In this document: positions 28,352 through 37,142 of the stretch, one piece after another | How positions within the stretch are numbered: the stretch's first letter is position 1 | Layout of the letters: each line of letters begins with the position of its first letter | Assembly (NCBI GenBank): GCA_964602805.1 | Contig: CAZRSJ010000005.1 | Coordinates: 1-63,103 of the forward strand | Direction of reading: 5' to 3' | Source: an uncultured Chromatiales bacterium | Lineage (GTDB): Bacteria; Pseudomonadota; Gammaproteobacteria; Poriferisulfidales; Poriferisulfidaceae | DNA: 63,103 bases | Notes under the pieces: generated by a model | Databases searched by the model: none | What the model was told of the DNA's origin: nothing | Seen by the model: the letters and a program-made list of their open reading frames with translations, nothing else | Made by a program: the position numbers and the translations under genes

Positions 28352-29419
28352 CTACCGCGCGTCCAGATACGCTTGTTCGGAAATGGCAGTCCAGTCCCGT
28401 ACCCGCGCATAAAACGCTTGGTAACTGTCGTAAACCCGCCGAGTAAATTCGTCGGTTTCAGCCACTTCCGCAATTACCGCCTCGGCATGCTCCCGCAATG
28501 CGCTCAGCACTTCCGGGGGGAATTGCCGGAGCTCGACTTCGTATTTCTCAACCAGCGCTTTCAGCGCATCGTTGTTATGCGCAGTGAAATCGGCCATCAT
28601 GTCTTGATTGGTAGCCCGGGCGGCATTCTGCACGATGATCTGAAGATCTTTCGGCAACGCCTCGAACGCCGGGCGGTGAACCAATCCTTCCAGCGTGGTC
28701 CCGGGTTCATGCCAACCGGGATAGTAGTAGTACTTCGCCGCACGGTGCAATCCGAATGCCAAGTCGTTCCACGGGCCGACCCATTCGGTCGCGTCGATCG
28801 CCCCGGTCTGCAGCGACACCAAAAGCTCTTTCCCGCTTAGATTCACTGGCGTGCCACCGACCCGGCGCAACACTTCCCCACCTAAGCCCGGGATGCGCAT
28901 GCGCAGGCCCTGCAGGTCTTCGAGCCCCCGGATCTCACGCTTGAACCATCCACCCATCTGGACCGTGGTATTCCCAGCCGCCAGCGGAACCACGTCGAAC
29001 GGGGCATAGGCTTCTTCCCATAGTTCCATGCCCCCTCCCTTATACAACCAACTGTTCATCTCATTGGCCGTCATGCCAAACGGCATGGTGGAGAAGAACT
29101 GGAACGCCGGATTCTTGCCTTTCCAGTAGTAGGCCGCGCCGTGACCCATCTGCGCCGCACCCTGGCTTACCGCATCGAATACTTCGAACGCCGGCACCAG
29201 TTCGCCGGCTCCGTACACTTGCACCTGCAAGCGTCCGCCGGACATCTCGCCAATCGCCTGCGCCAAGAATTCCGCACCGGTGCCAAGGCCGGGAAAGTTT
29301 TTCGGCCAAGTGGTGACCATCTTCCAGTGCAGGGGCTCATCAGCGTTCGCCCGGCCCGCCAAGCCAAGTCCGGCAACTGCAGTGGCCGCGCCCGCGCCTA
29401 GGAATTCCCGTCGTTGCAT
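28352..29419 (-). CDS. TRAP transporter substrate-binding protein (DctP family) with Tat-type signal
   Basis: 355 aa. MQRREFLGAGAATAVAGLGLAGRANA twin-arginine leader and a DctP-like body. Confidence 0.8.
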   Translation of the reverse strand: MQRREFLGAGAATAVAGLGLAGRANADEPLHWKMVTTWPKNFPGLGTGAEFLAQAIGEMSGGRLQVQVYGAGELVPAFEVFDAVSQGAAQMGHGAAYYWKGKNPAFQFFSTMPFGMTANEMNSWLYKGGGMELWEEAYAPFDVVPLAAGNTTVQMGGWFKREIRGLEDLQGLRMRIPGLGGEVLRRVGGTPVNLSGKELLVSLQTGAIDATEWVGPWNDLAFGLHRAAKYYYYPGWHEPGTTLEGLVHRPAFEALPKDLQIIVQNAARATNQDMMADFTAHNNDALKALVEKYEVELRQFPPEVLSALREHAEAVIAEVAETDEFTRRVYDSYQAFYARVRDWTAISEQAYLDAR

Positions 29420-29448
29420 CTAGTCCCCCTTGGGTGCGAAATTACTGT

Positions 29449-31635
29449 TTATCGGCACTCGAGTTTTGCGTAGTCGTACATGAGCCATTTGACGCCAGCG
29501 TCTTCGAAGCGCACCTGAACCCGCAAGTGCGGCGGCCGACCTTCGTATTCTACGATGATACCGGGGCCGAACTTCGGGTGCGCCACCGGCGTGCCCGGAC
29601 CGGGGACGTCCAGATTGGGCGGAGGTGCCGGACGGGCGGTGCCGGCCCCGTACCTCGCCAAAAACGCAGACGCAGGTGGGACGAAGTCCCGCGGCACTTC
29701 GGTCACCGTGTGTTCGTCGGGCAGTTCCTGAATAAAGCGCGACGGAATCAGGCCCGAGGAAGTTCGCCCAAAGATCATTCGTTCGTAGGCATGCGTTAAG
29801 ACCAACTGCTGCCGGGCGCGTGTTATGCCCACATAGCAAAGCCGGCGTTCTTCTTCAAGCGGAGAGTCCTCTCGCGTCATCGGCAGGATGCCGTCTTCCA
29901 GTCCGACGATGAACACCAGCGGAAACTCCAGCCCCTTGGCCATGTGCAGAGTCATCAACTGAACCGCGTTTCCGGGCACGCCTTCACCTCGCTCGCCAGC
30001 TTCCAGCGCCGTGCTGTCTAAAAACGCTTCCGCCAAGCCAGGGCTGCCATCTTCGTCAGGCTCCTCCCAGACATCCTCGAATGCCGCGGCGGAATTCACC
30101 AGTTCCCCCAGGTTCTCGCTGCGCGCCTCTTCCAGTTCCCGGTCGGTCTCCTGGTACATCTCCAGCAGCCCGGATTTATCCAGGATGTGGCGGACGGTTT
30201 CCGCCAATCCGCAGCCTTCGGTCTCCTCACGCAGGGCCTCCAGGCATTGCTCGAATTCTTCCAGTGCCCGGCCCGCCTGCGAAGTGGATCGGCTTCTAGC
30301 CTGTTCCTGCGCCGCCGAAAACAGCGATTCTCCGGCGGCAGTCGCAACTGTTCGAACGGCTTCGATTGTCTTTACACCTATCTTACGGGGAGGAACATTG
30401 CACACCCGTTGCCAAGCGACATCGTCATCCGGATTCAGGCACAGCCGCAGATAGGCCAAGGTATCTTTCACCTCGCGCCGCTCGAAGAACCGGATACCCC
30501 CGTACACCCGGTAAGGGATTTGCCGGTTGTTCAGGTTCGTCTCGAAAGGTTGCGACTGCCGATTCGTGCGGTAGAGCACGGCACACTCGTCCCACCGCCC
30601 TCCGTCTTCCACCCACTGTTCGATCTTTCCGATGACATAGTTGGCTTCCACCCCTCCGGTCGGCGCGCTGAACACGGTGATCGGATCTTGTTCGGCCCGG
30701 TCGGTCCACAACCGCTTTTTTAGCCGGTCGTAGTTGTTCCCGATCAGCGCATTGGCCGCCTCAAGCACCGGGCTGGTGGAGCGGTAGTTCTGCTCCAACG
30801 GCCAGACCTGGACATTTTTGTGGTTTTGCTGGAAGTCGAGGATATGTTTCGGGCGCGCCCCCCGCCAGCCATAGATCGATTGGTCGTCGTCTCCAACCAC
30901 GAACAACGGGCGTTCACCACCCGCCAACAGCTCCAGCCAAGCATTCTGCAAATCGTCTGCATCCTGGAATTCATCCACTAGCAGGTGGCGAAACCGCAAT
31001 TGGTAGTGTTTTTGGACGGCTGGGTGATCGCGCAGCAGTTCGACGCAGCGCAACAGCAGTTCATCGAAATCTACCAAGCCGCTCTGTTCGCAGCGCCGCT
31101 CGTATCGCTCCATGACCGGGAGACGGGCTTGTTCCCGACCACTTTCGGGCTCTATATGGCGGGCGCGCAGGCCTTCTCCCTTCTTCAGGCTGATCCACCG
31201 AATGGCATCGGCGACATCGCGCGCCTTGCGCGGCTGGTCAAGATCCCGAAGAATCTGACGAATCAGGGTTTTTTGATCCTCTCGATCCAGGATCTGGAAG
31301 TTCCCGGGCAGTCCGGCCTCGTCGTGAAAGCGCAACAGCATCCTGCGGGCCAGCGCATGGAACGTCCCGACCCACAGACCGCCCGCGGACTGCCCCCGCA
31401 ACCGTTCGATGCGCTCCCGCATCTCGGTCGCCGCCTTGTTGGTAAATGTAACCGTCAGGATTTCTTTCGGCTGGATATCCTGCGTCTTCACCAACCAAGC
31501 GAAACGGTGAGTCAGCACCCGGGTCTTTCCAGAGCCGGCGCCCGCCAGCACCAAAGTGCAGTAATCCGGATCCGATGTGACCGCGTTGCGCTGCGCTTCG
31601 TTCAGGACATCCAGTATCGGGTCCGCCGGGGTCAT
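29449..31635 (-). CDS. uvrD: DNA helicase II UvrD
   Basis: Collinear similarity to E. coli UvrD (LVLAGAGSGKTRVLTHR, VDEFQDADDLQ, VVGDDDQSIYGWRGA, LEQNYRSTS, VQLMTLHMAKGLEFP, C-terminal KFGPGIIVEYEG). Start taken at Met 31635, which forms an ATGA overlap with the ubiB stop. Confidence 0.9.
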   Translation of the reverse strand: MTPADPILDVLNEAQRNAVTSDPDYCTLVLAGAGSGKTRVLTHRFAWLVKTQDIQPKEILTVTFTNKAATEMRERIERLRGQSAGGLWVGTFHALARRMLLRFHDEAGLPGNFQILDREDQKTLIRQILRDLDQPRKARDVADAIRWISLKKGEGLRARHIEPESGREQARLPVMERYERRCEQSGLVDFDELLLRCVELLRDHPAVQKHYQLRFRHLLVDEFQDADDLQNAWLELLAGGERPLFVVGDDDQSIYGWRGARPKHILDFQQNHKNVQVWPLEQNYRSTSPVLEAANALIGNNYDRLKKRLWTDRAEQDPITVFSAPTGGVEANYVIGKIEQWVEDGGRWDECAVLYRTNRQSQPFETNLNNRQIPYRVYGGIRFFERREVKDTLAYLRLCLNPDDDVAWQRVCNVPPRKIGVKTIEAVRTVATAAGESLFSAAQEQARSRSTSQAGRALEEFEQCLEALREETEGCGLAETVRHILDKSGLLEMYQETDRELEEARSENLGELVNSAAAFEDVWEEPDEDGSPGLAEAFLDSTALEAGERGEGVPGNAVQLMTLHMAKGLEFPLVFIVGLEDGILPMTREDSPLEEERRLCYVGITRARQQLVLTHAYERMIFGRTSSGLIPSRFIQELPDEHTVTEVPRDFVPPASAFLARYGAGTARPAPPPNLDVPGPGTPVAHPKFGPGIIVEYEGRPPHLRVQVRFEDAGVKWLMYDYAKLECR

Positions 31636-33176
31636 CCGCCCCCCCAGTGCAGGAATGCCAGCCAACCGCCCATTGCCAACGCCGCGCTTGCGGCAACTGC
31701 CAGCCAGAGGCGGGTGCGTTTGAGCTTGCGCCGGGAAGTCTCGAGTTTCGTTTGAAGCGTCGGCGAAGGATCGGGCGGTGGAGTGGCCGGAGGATCTTCA
31801 AGGAAATGCTCAACCATCTGCGGGATGCGATGGCGCACAAGCCGGACCAGTGCAAGCAGCCCGGTTTGCTCGCTCACCCAGCGGTCCATGAAAGGCTTGG
31901 CAGTCGTCCACAGGTCGAGATCCGGGTACAGTTCGCGACCGACGCCTTCGATGTTGACCAGGGTCTTCTGCAACAGCAGCAATTGCGGCTGCACTTCCAT
32001 CTGGAAGCGGCTCGCGGTCTGGAACAGCCGCAGCAGCAGGTTCGCGAACGAAATCTCGGAAAACGGCCGCTGGAAAATCGGCTCGCACACCGTGCGGATG
32101 GCCGCCTCGAAGTCCGCGACCCGGGTCCCGGGTGGCACCCAACCGGATTCCACATGCAGTTCCGCCACCCGACGGTAGTCGTTGTTGAAGAAAGCCGCGA
32201 GGTTAAACGCTAGGTAGCGCTGGTCGGAAGTCGACAGCGACCCCATGATGCCGAAGTCCACTGCACTGTACTTCGGCGATTCCGGGGTTTCCCGGGAAAT
32301 GAAGATGTTGCCGGGGTGCATGTCGGCATGGAAGAAATTATGGTCGAACACCTGGGTGAAGAAAATCTCCACGCCCCGTTCGGCCAAGCATTTCAGGTCG
32401 ACTCCATGGCGCACCAATTCCTCGCGATCCGAGATCTGGATCCCGTAGATGCGTTCCATGGTCATGACGTCCCGGGCGGTGTAGTCCCAGAACACTTCCG
32501 GCACATACAGCAGTTCGCTGTTCTCGAAGTTGCGGCGCAGTTGGCTGGCGTTGGCGGCCTCACGCGTCAGATCCAGTTCATCAAAAATAACACCTTCATA
32601 TTCGGCCACCAGGTCTACCGGGTGCAGGCGCCGGGATCCCTCCCAGACCCGTTCAAGAAACCGGGCCAGCCTGTACATCATCCGGATGTCGCGGCGAATC
32701 GTCTTCTCGATCCCGGGGCGCAGCACCTTGACGATAACGTCGGTATCATCCAGGCGCGCCGCGTGCACCTGAGCCACCGAGGCGGAGGCGAGCGGCGTGG
32801 TGTCGAACTGGCTGAACATTTCCTGTATCGGCCGCCCCAATGACCGTTCAATGACTTTGCGCGCCGCCTCCCCGTCGAATGGCGGCACCCGATCCTGAAG
32901 CAGGGCCAGTTCGTCGGCCAAGTCGGTGGGAAGCAGGTCGCGCCGGGTCGACAGCATCTGCCCGAACTTGACAAAAATGGGCCCTAAGTCCTCCAGCGCG
33001 CGCCGAATGCGCTCCGCCCGCGGCCTGCGCGACCAGCGGAACCAGTTCCAGGGCAGCAGGCAAAGCAGCCCGCGTCCCAGCCAGAACCGGGACAGGGCGA
33101 TTTCGTCGAGGCCGTGGCGCAGCAGCACCCACGGAATATAGAGCGGTCGCGCGAGAATGCGCCCTTGTCCGTTCAT
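31632..33176 (-). CDS. ubiB: ubiquinone biosynthesis regulatory protein kinase UbiB (ABC1 family)
   Basis: 514 aa. ALEDLGPIFVKFGQMLSTRRDLLP, ASASVAQVH, FFHADMHPGNIF. 4-nt overlap with ubiJ. Confidence 0.93.
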   Translation of the reverse strand: MNGQGRILARPLYIPWVLLRHGLDEIALSRFWLGRGLLCLLPWNWFRWSRRPRAERIRRALEDLGPIFVKFGQMLSTRRDLLPTDLADELALLQDRVPPFDGEAARKVIERSLGRPIQEMFSQFDTTPLASASVAQVHAARLDDTDVIVKVLRPGIEKTIRRDIRMMYRLARFLERVWEGSRRLHPVDLVAEYEGVIFDELDLTREAANASQLRRNFENSELLYVPEVFWDYTARDVMTMERIYGIQISDREELVRHGVDLKCLAERGVEIFFTQVFDHNFFHADMHPGNIFISRETPESPKYSAVDFGIMGSLSTSDQRYLAFNLAAFFNNDYRRVAELHVESGWVPPGTRVADFEAAIRTVCEPIFQRPFSEISFANLLLRLFQTASRFQMEVQPQLLLLQKTLVNIEGVGRELYPDLDLWTTAKPFMDRWVSEQTGLLALVRLVRHRIPQMVEHFLEDPPATPPPDPSPTLQTKLETSRRKLKRTRLWLAVAASAALAMGGWLAFLHWGGG

Positions 33177-33766
33177 GGCTGGATGCGGTCAATCCGCATT
33201 TCAAACCGCTCCAAGTCGTCGCGCAACCGGTCCACCTCGCGCACGAAGCGGTCAAGTTCAGAGGAACTCGGCAACAGGCCCGACTCCTCGTGCAAGTAGT
33301 CCCGGGCATTGCTCTCGGCTGCCTCACCGAAATTCCGGGCCACCTGCCGGCATTCCTCAAGGGTTCGCATCATCAGCCGGGCCGGCACGTCACCGACGGC
33401 GCGCGACAGCAGTTCCTCCCAGTCGATGTCGAGGGCGGCCAGGAAGTCGCGCAAATCCTGCGCGATCTCGCCCTCGCCCTCCAGATGGATTCCGTCGGCC
33501 CGGTCGCTGAGCACATACCGGACGAAGGCTGCCAGATGCCCGCGGATCGCAAGATCTGCTTCTTCTCCCGGAGATTCCAGAGTCAATTTCCCGTCGTCGA
33601 TGCGCAATCCGATGGAAGGCAGTGGCAGAAGTTCCAGCCGGATCGTGCGCTGGCCCATCGCCTGCAGGCGCTTCTGCGACTCTTCGTCAGTGCGCAGAGC
33701 CTGATTGACAAGAGTAGAAAGTGAAGCAAACATTGGGGACTGTATAAAATTATCCGCAAGATTCAT
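33173..33766 (-). CDS. ubiJ: ubiquinone biosynthesis accessory factor UbiJ (SCP2 domain)
   Basis: 197 aa. Position immediately upstream of ubiB and an SCP2-like N-terminal half (LVNQALRTDEESQKRLQAMGQRTIRLEL). Confidence 0.75.
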   Translation of the reverse strand: MNLADNFIQSPMFASLSTLVNQALRTDEESQKRLQAMGQRTIRLELLPLPSIGLRIDDGKLTLESPGEEADLAIRGHLAAFVRYVLSDRADGIHLEGEGEIAQDLRDFLAALDIDWEELLSRAVGDVPARLMMRTLEECRQVARNFGEAAESNARDYLHEESGLLPSSSELDRFVREVDRLRDDLERFEMRIDRIQP

Positions 33767-33779
33767 GATAATTCATTTA

Positions 33780-35200
33780 TATTCAGTATCTTATCAAATC
33801 TTTAGTAGATCAGTTTCCAGCATGGCATAATCCCCGCATGATCCGTTCGTCTGTCTATCGCCTGTATCCGGGCACCCTGCGCCGGGGACAGATGTTGTCT
33901 GGCATTGCCGGGGCGAACCGCTATGTCTGGAACTGGGCTGCCGCCAACAATCGTGATGCAATGAAAGCCTATAAGGAGGGGAAAGGCGAAAAACCTTCCC
34001 CGACTTTCTTCACCCTGGGCCCGGAATTCACGAAACTGCGTAACAGCGCAGGCCACGAATGGCTGAAAGAACTGCCGTTCACAGAGGTCCGCTACGTGCT
34101 GAAGCGATACGCGGACGCCATGAAGGAAGCAAGGAAGGGTGCGCGGGGCTTTCCGAGATTCCGACATCGCGAGGACGGGGATTCGTTCACGATTCCGCAG
34201 GATGTGCGGATTACGGATGGGAAACTCTACATCACCAGGGTGGGCTGGGTGCCAATCAGCCGCCGGGGTGGCGACCCGTGGGCTTACGGCAAAGCGAAGC
34301 AGGCCGTGGTGGTCAAGCACCCCAACGGGAAATGGTACGTCTCGGTGTTCTGGGAAGTCCCGGATGCGAAACCGGAGGACAACGGCAAGGCGGTGGGCGT
34401 GGACCTGGGCAAATGGAACGTGGCAACCACCGAACCGGAACAGATATTCATGCCGGATGTCTCCCGCCTTGAGATCCGACTGAAGCGGCATCAACGGAAG
34501 ATGCATCGGCGCAAACGTATGCTCCTGCTGGATACAGACGGGGAACCGAAACGAATCCGGCAAGGCAAAGCCATCAAGGTCAATTCGGGCCGACGCGAGA
34601 AGGAGCGAAAGATCGTAGCAAGATTGTCTCGCAGGATCGCAAACATCCGGGACAACTGGCGACATCATGTCAGTTGTGACCTGGCGAGTCGCTTCGGGAC
34701 AATCTGCGTGGAAGGCCTGAAGATCAAAAACATGATGAGGTCGGCCAAAGGCACGGTGGAGAAACCGGGCAAGAATGTCAAGGCGAAATCTGCCTTGAAC
34801 CGGGGAATTGCGGAAAGCGGCTGGGGCCGGTTGCGCTTCATGCTCGAGTACAAGGCACACCGGGTGGAGCAAGTCAATCCGGCGTACACGAGCCAGACCT
34901 GCCACCAATGCGGGCATGTGGCGGAGGCGAACCGTCGGCAAGAGAGATTCAAATGCGTATCCTGCGGATACGCGGGGAATGCGGACATCAATGCCGCGTT
35001 CAACATACTGGCGCTGGGGACTGGCGCGGCTGGACAGGGAGGGGCGTTCGCCTCTGTCAGGGCCGGTCCTTCGGGCGCGGTTCGGTCAAGCGACCCCGAT
35101 GATCTGTCAATGGATATGCAAGGTCTGCTTGCGGATTATTGTCTATAAGTCCCTTTCAGATTATAGATTGAGGATAGGCTGACCCGTATAATTGTCTAAA
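33780..35200 (+). mobile_element. IS200/IS605-family, TnpB-only (IS1341-like) element; ends not defined
   Basis: Single tnpB ORF with no tnpA (Y1 or serine) gene, flanked by short AT-rich segments. A 7-bp-stem hairpin tctataa(35142-35148)/ttataga(35161-35167) spans the stop codon. The boundaries given are approximate. Confidence 0.5.
33838..35148 (+). CDS. tnpB: RNA-guided endonuclease TnpB (OrfB_IS605 + zinc ribbon)
   Basis: 436 aa. N-terminal YRLYPG, RuvC-I GVDLGKWNVA, RuvC-II ICVEGLKIKNM, zinc ribbon CHQCGH...CVSCGY, RuvC-III NADINAAFNIL. Confidence 0.9.
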   Translation: MIRSSVYRLYPGTLRRGQMLSGIAGANRYVWNWAAANNRDAMKAYKEGKGEKPSPTFFTLGPEFTKLRNSAGHEWLKELPFTEVRYVLKRYADAMKEARKGARGFPRFRHREDGDSFTIPQDVRITDGKLYITRVGWVPISRRGGDPWAYGKAKQAVVVKHPNGKWYVSVFWEVPDAKPEDNGKAVGVDLGKWNVATTEPEQIFMPDVSRLEIRLKRHQRKMHRRKRMLLLDTDGEPKRIRQGKAIKVNSGRREKERKIVARLSRRIANIRDNWRHHVSCDLASRFGTICVEGLKIKNMMRSAKGTVEKPGKNVKAKSALNRGIAESGWGRLRFMLEYKAHRVEQVNPAYTSQTCHQCGHVAEANRRQERFKCVSCGYAGNADINAAFNILALGTGAAGQGGAFASVRAGPSGAVRSSDPDDLSMDMQGLLADYCL

Positions 35201-35202
35201 CA

Positions 35203-35982
35203 ATGTGCACGCACACGCGGCTGCTTTTTCTGGGGCTGCTGGCATCGCTCGGCGGTGCTGGCCAGGCGGCGGATTCGCCGTTCTCCTTGGGCTCGGATCC
35301 CGGGCTGCAGATCGCCGTACGACTGATTTCCGACAAGACCCCGGAGGAACCGTCAGCGGACGGCAGTATCGAGGAAGAAGGCGCGGAATCTCCGGAACAG
35401 GCGGAAGAAGGTGCGCCTTCCGCACAAACTCCCGGCATCCCGGCCTCACAAGAGGACCGCGTCGAAGATCAAGGCCTTTTGGAGGATCCGGAAGAAGGCC
35501 AACCGGCCGCAGGCCAGGAAACAGCCGGTGAAACCGAAGATCCCGGGGTCGAAGACGAACTCGAAAGGGAGCCGGAACTTGCGGAGCAGGCAAGTATCGA
35601 AGAAGGGCAAGAGAGGGAGCTTTCCCGAATCGAGGCCGTATTGAACCGCGTTGACCAGATCCTGCTGGACGCGGGGGTCCGGGCCCGCAAAGAGCGGGAA
35701 GGAAGGATCGACGGCGACGGGACAACAGAGGAAGACTTGCCGGATTGGGAGACACAGGGCGAAGGCGAAGGGGAAACTGCAGAGGAAGAGGCCGAACGCG
35801 GCGGAGTCGCCGAAGGCCAGGTTCCCGGCGATGTCCCGACCGGCAAGACGCGTCCGACTCACGGCTACGAGAAAGACGACGACATCGTGACCCGGCAGGT
35901 CTGTGAACTGGCGGAACGAGAGGAAGACCCCGAGGTCCGTAAACAGCTGGAGCAAAAATGCAAAAGCCTGAGAGACAGTTAG
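35203..35982 (+). CDS. secreted hyper-acidic low-complexity protein
   Basis: 259 aa. Signal peptide LLFLGLLASLGGAGQA, then long Glu/Asp/Gly/Pro-rich sequence. The C-terminal segment has two Cys. Confidence 0.6.
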   Translation: MCTHTRLLFLGLLASLGGAGQAADSPFSLGSDPGLQIAVRLISDKTPEEPSADGSIEEEGAESPEQAEEGAPSAQTPGIPASQEDRVEDQGLLEDPEEGQPAAGQETAGETEDPGVEDELEREPELAEQASIEEGQERELSRIEAVLNRVDQILLDAGVRARKEREGRIDGDGTTEEDLPDWETQGEGEGETAEEEAERGGVAEGQVPGDVPTGKTRPTHGYEKDDDIVTRQVCELAEREEDPEVRKQLEQKCKSLRDS

Positions 35983-37142
35983 CCCTGCTCGCCTTGCTGC
36001 TGGCCTTCGCCAGCGGATGCCAGACCGGCATGTCCGGCGTCTACGGGGGCCTGTTCGAAAAATCGTCGGAAGAGCCGGCTGTCGAGCCGGTGCCGGAAGA
36101 ATGGTATCTGGATGCCGGCATTGTCCGGTTCAAGGGGGAAGTCGACAAGAAAGAAGTAGCCGAGGGGGACGTGTTCCCCCAGGTGCGAAGAGCCGAAACC
36201 CTGTATTTTCCCCAGCAGTTGCGCCAGGCGATGCTACGCGGGGGCGGCTGGCGGCATGTGTGGGTGGTGCCGGAACGCGCCGTTCCGGACCTGCGCATCG
36301 AGGGCACGATCCTGAAATCGAACGGCTCCGAACTGGACTTGAAAATCCTCGCCATCGACTCGACCGGCGGGCAGTGGCTCGATCGCGTCTACCACCATGA
36401 ATTCAGCGAAACCGATTACGCCGGCGAAGATCGGGCTCGGCCGATGGAAGCCCTATTCGACCAGATTGCCAAGGACCTTTTGCTCGAACGTGACCGCAAG
36501 GGGGTAGCAGCCATGAAGGAAATCCGCGCCGTGGCGGAATTGCGGTTCGCGGAAGAGTTCGCACCACAGGCGTTCGAACGTTATGTCAAGGAACAAAAGG
36601 GCCGCACGCGCCTGATTTCCCTGCCGGCCGAAGAAGACACGTTGTACCAACTGGTCCTGCAAATCAAGGAACGCGACGACCTCTTCGTCGAGACCCTGCA
36701 GCAATACTCGGAGGGTTTTTCGGAAAAGATCGATGCCTCGTACCGAGACTGGGCACGACAGAGTTTCTACGAACGCCGTGCGCATGACGAGGGAGTTGCC
36801 GCCAGCGTAACACAGGGACTTCTGAGCGCTCTGGCCATCATCGGCGGAGTCGTGGTGGCGGCCGACTCGGGGTCTTCCCCAGAAGTCCGCCAGCTCGGCC
36901 AAGTGCTGGTGGGGGCCGGCGCTTACGGTGCCTATGATGCCTACCAAGACTACGAAGCAACGGAAATCCACGAGGCCGCGCTCAAGGAGCTCGGACAGTC
37001 GCTCGACTTGGAGGTGGAGCCCCAAGTCGTGCAAGTAGAAAACCAGACACGGACGCTTACCGGGTCGGTCGAAGACCAGTACCAGCAGTGGCACGAAATC
37101 CTGAACGAGATTTACCTGTCGGAACGTGGCGCCCTGAACTGA
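35958..37142 (+). CDS. lipoprotein of unknown function
   Basis: 394 aa. Lipobox LLLAFASGC. Overlaps the preceding gene by 25 nt. One internal hydrophobic stretch (GLLSALAIIGGVVVAA). Confidence 0.65.
   Translation: MQKPERQLALLALLLAFASGCQTGMSGVYGGLFEKSSEEPAVEPVPEEWYLDAGIVRFKGEVDKKEVAEGDVFPQVRRAETLYFPQQLRQAMLRGGGWRHVWVVPERAVPDLRIEGTILKSNGSELDLKILAIDSTGGQWLDRVYHHEFSETDYAGEDRARPMEALFDQIAKDLLLERDRKGVAAMKEIRAVAELRFAEEFAPQAFERYVKEQKGRTRLISLPAEEDTLYQLVLQIKERDDLFVETLQQYSEGFSEKIDASYRDWARQSFYERRAHDEGVAASVTQGLLSALAIIGGVVVAADSGSSPEVRQLGQVLVGAGAYGAYDAYQDYEATEIHEAALKELGQSLDLEVEPQVVQVENQTRTLTGSVEDQYQQWHEILNEIYLSERGALN

Noticed and set aside
33802-34941. 379-aa minus-strand ORF covering most of tnpB
   Set aside because: It is antisense to a TnpB ORF with clear motifs. 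Its product is low-complexity (R/P/H-rich) with no motif, a typical shadow ORF in GC-rich DNA.
33838-35148. TnpB as a domesticated, nuclease-dead TldR-like repressor of the downstream operon
   Set aside because: All three RuvC catalytic acidic residues and the zinc ribbon are retained and the protein is full length, so an active TnpB is the simpler reading.
35156-36031. Several long ORFs overlapping the acidic-protein gene in other frames or on the opposite strand (291, 169 and 125 aa on the minus strand, and 108/77/79-aa frames on the plus strand)
   Set aside because: Their products are P/R/S/G-rich mirror images of the GAA/GAG/GGC-rich coding strand. The signal-peptide-bearing plus-strand frame, coupled to the downstream operon, is the coherent one.
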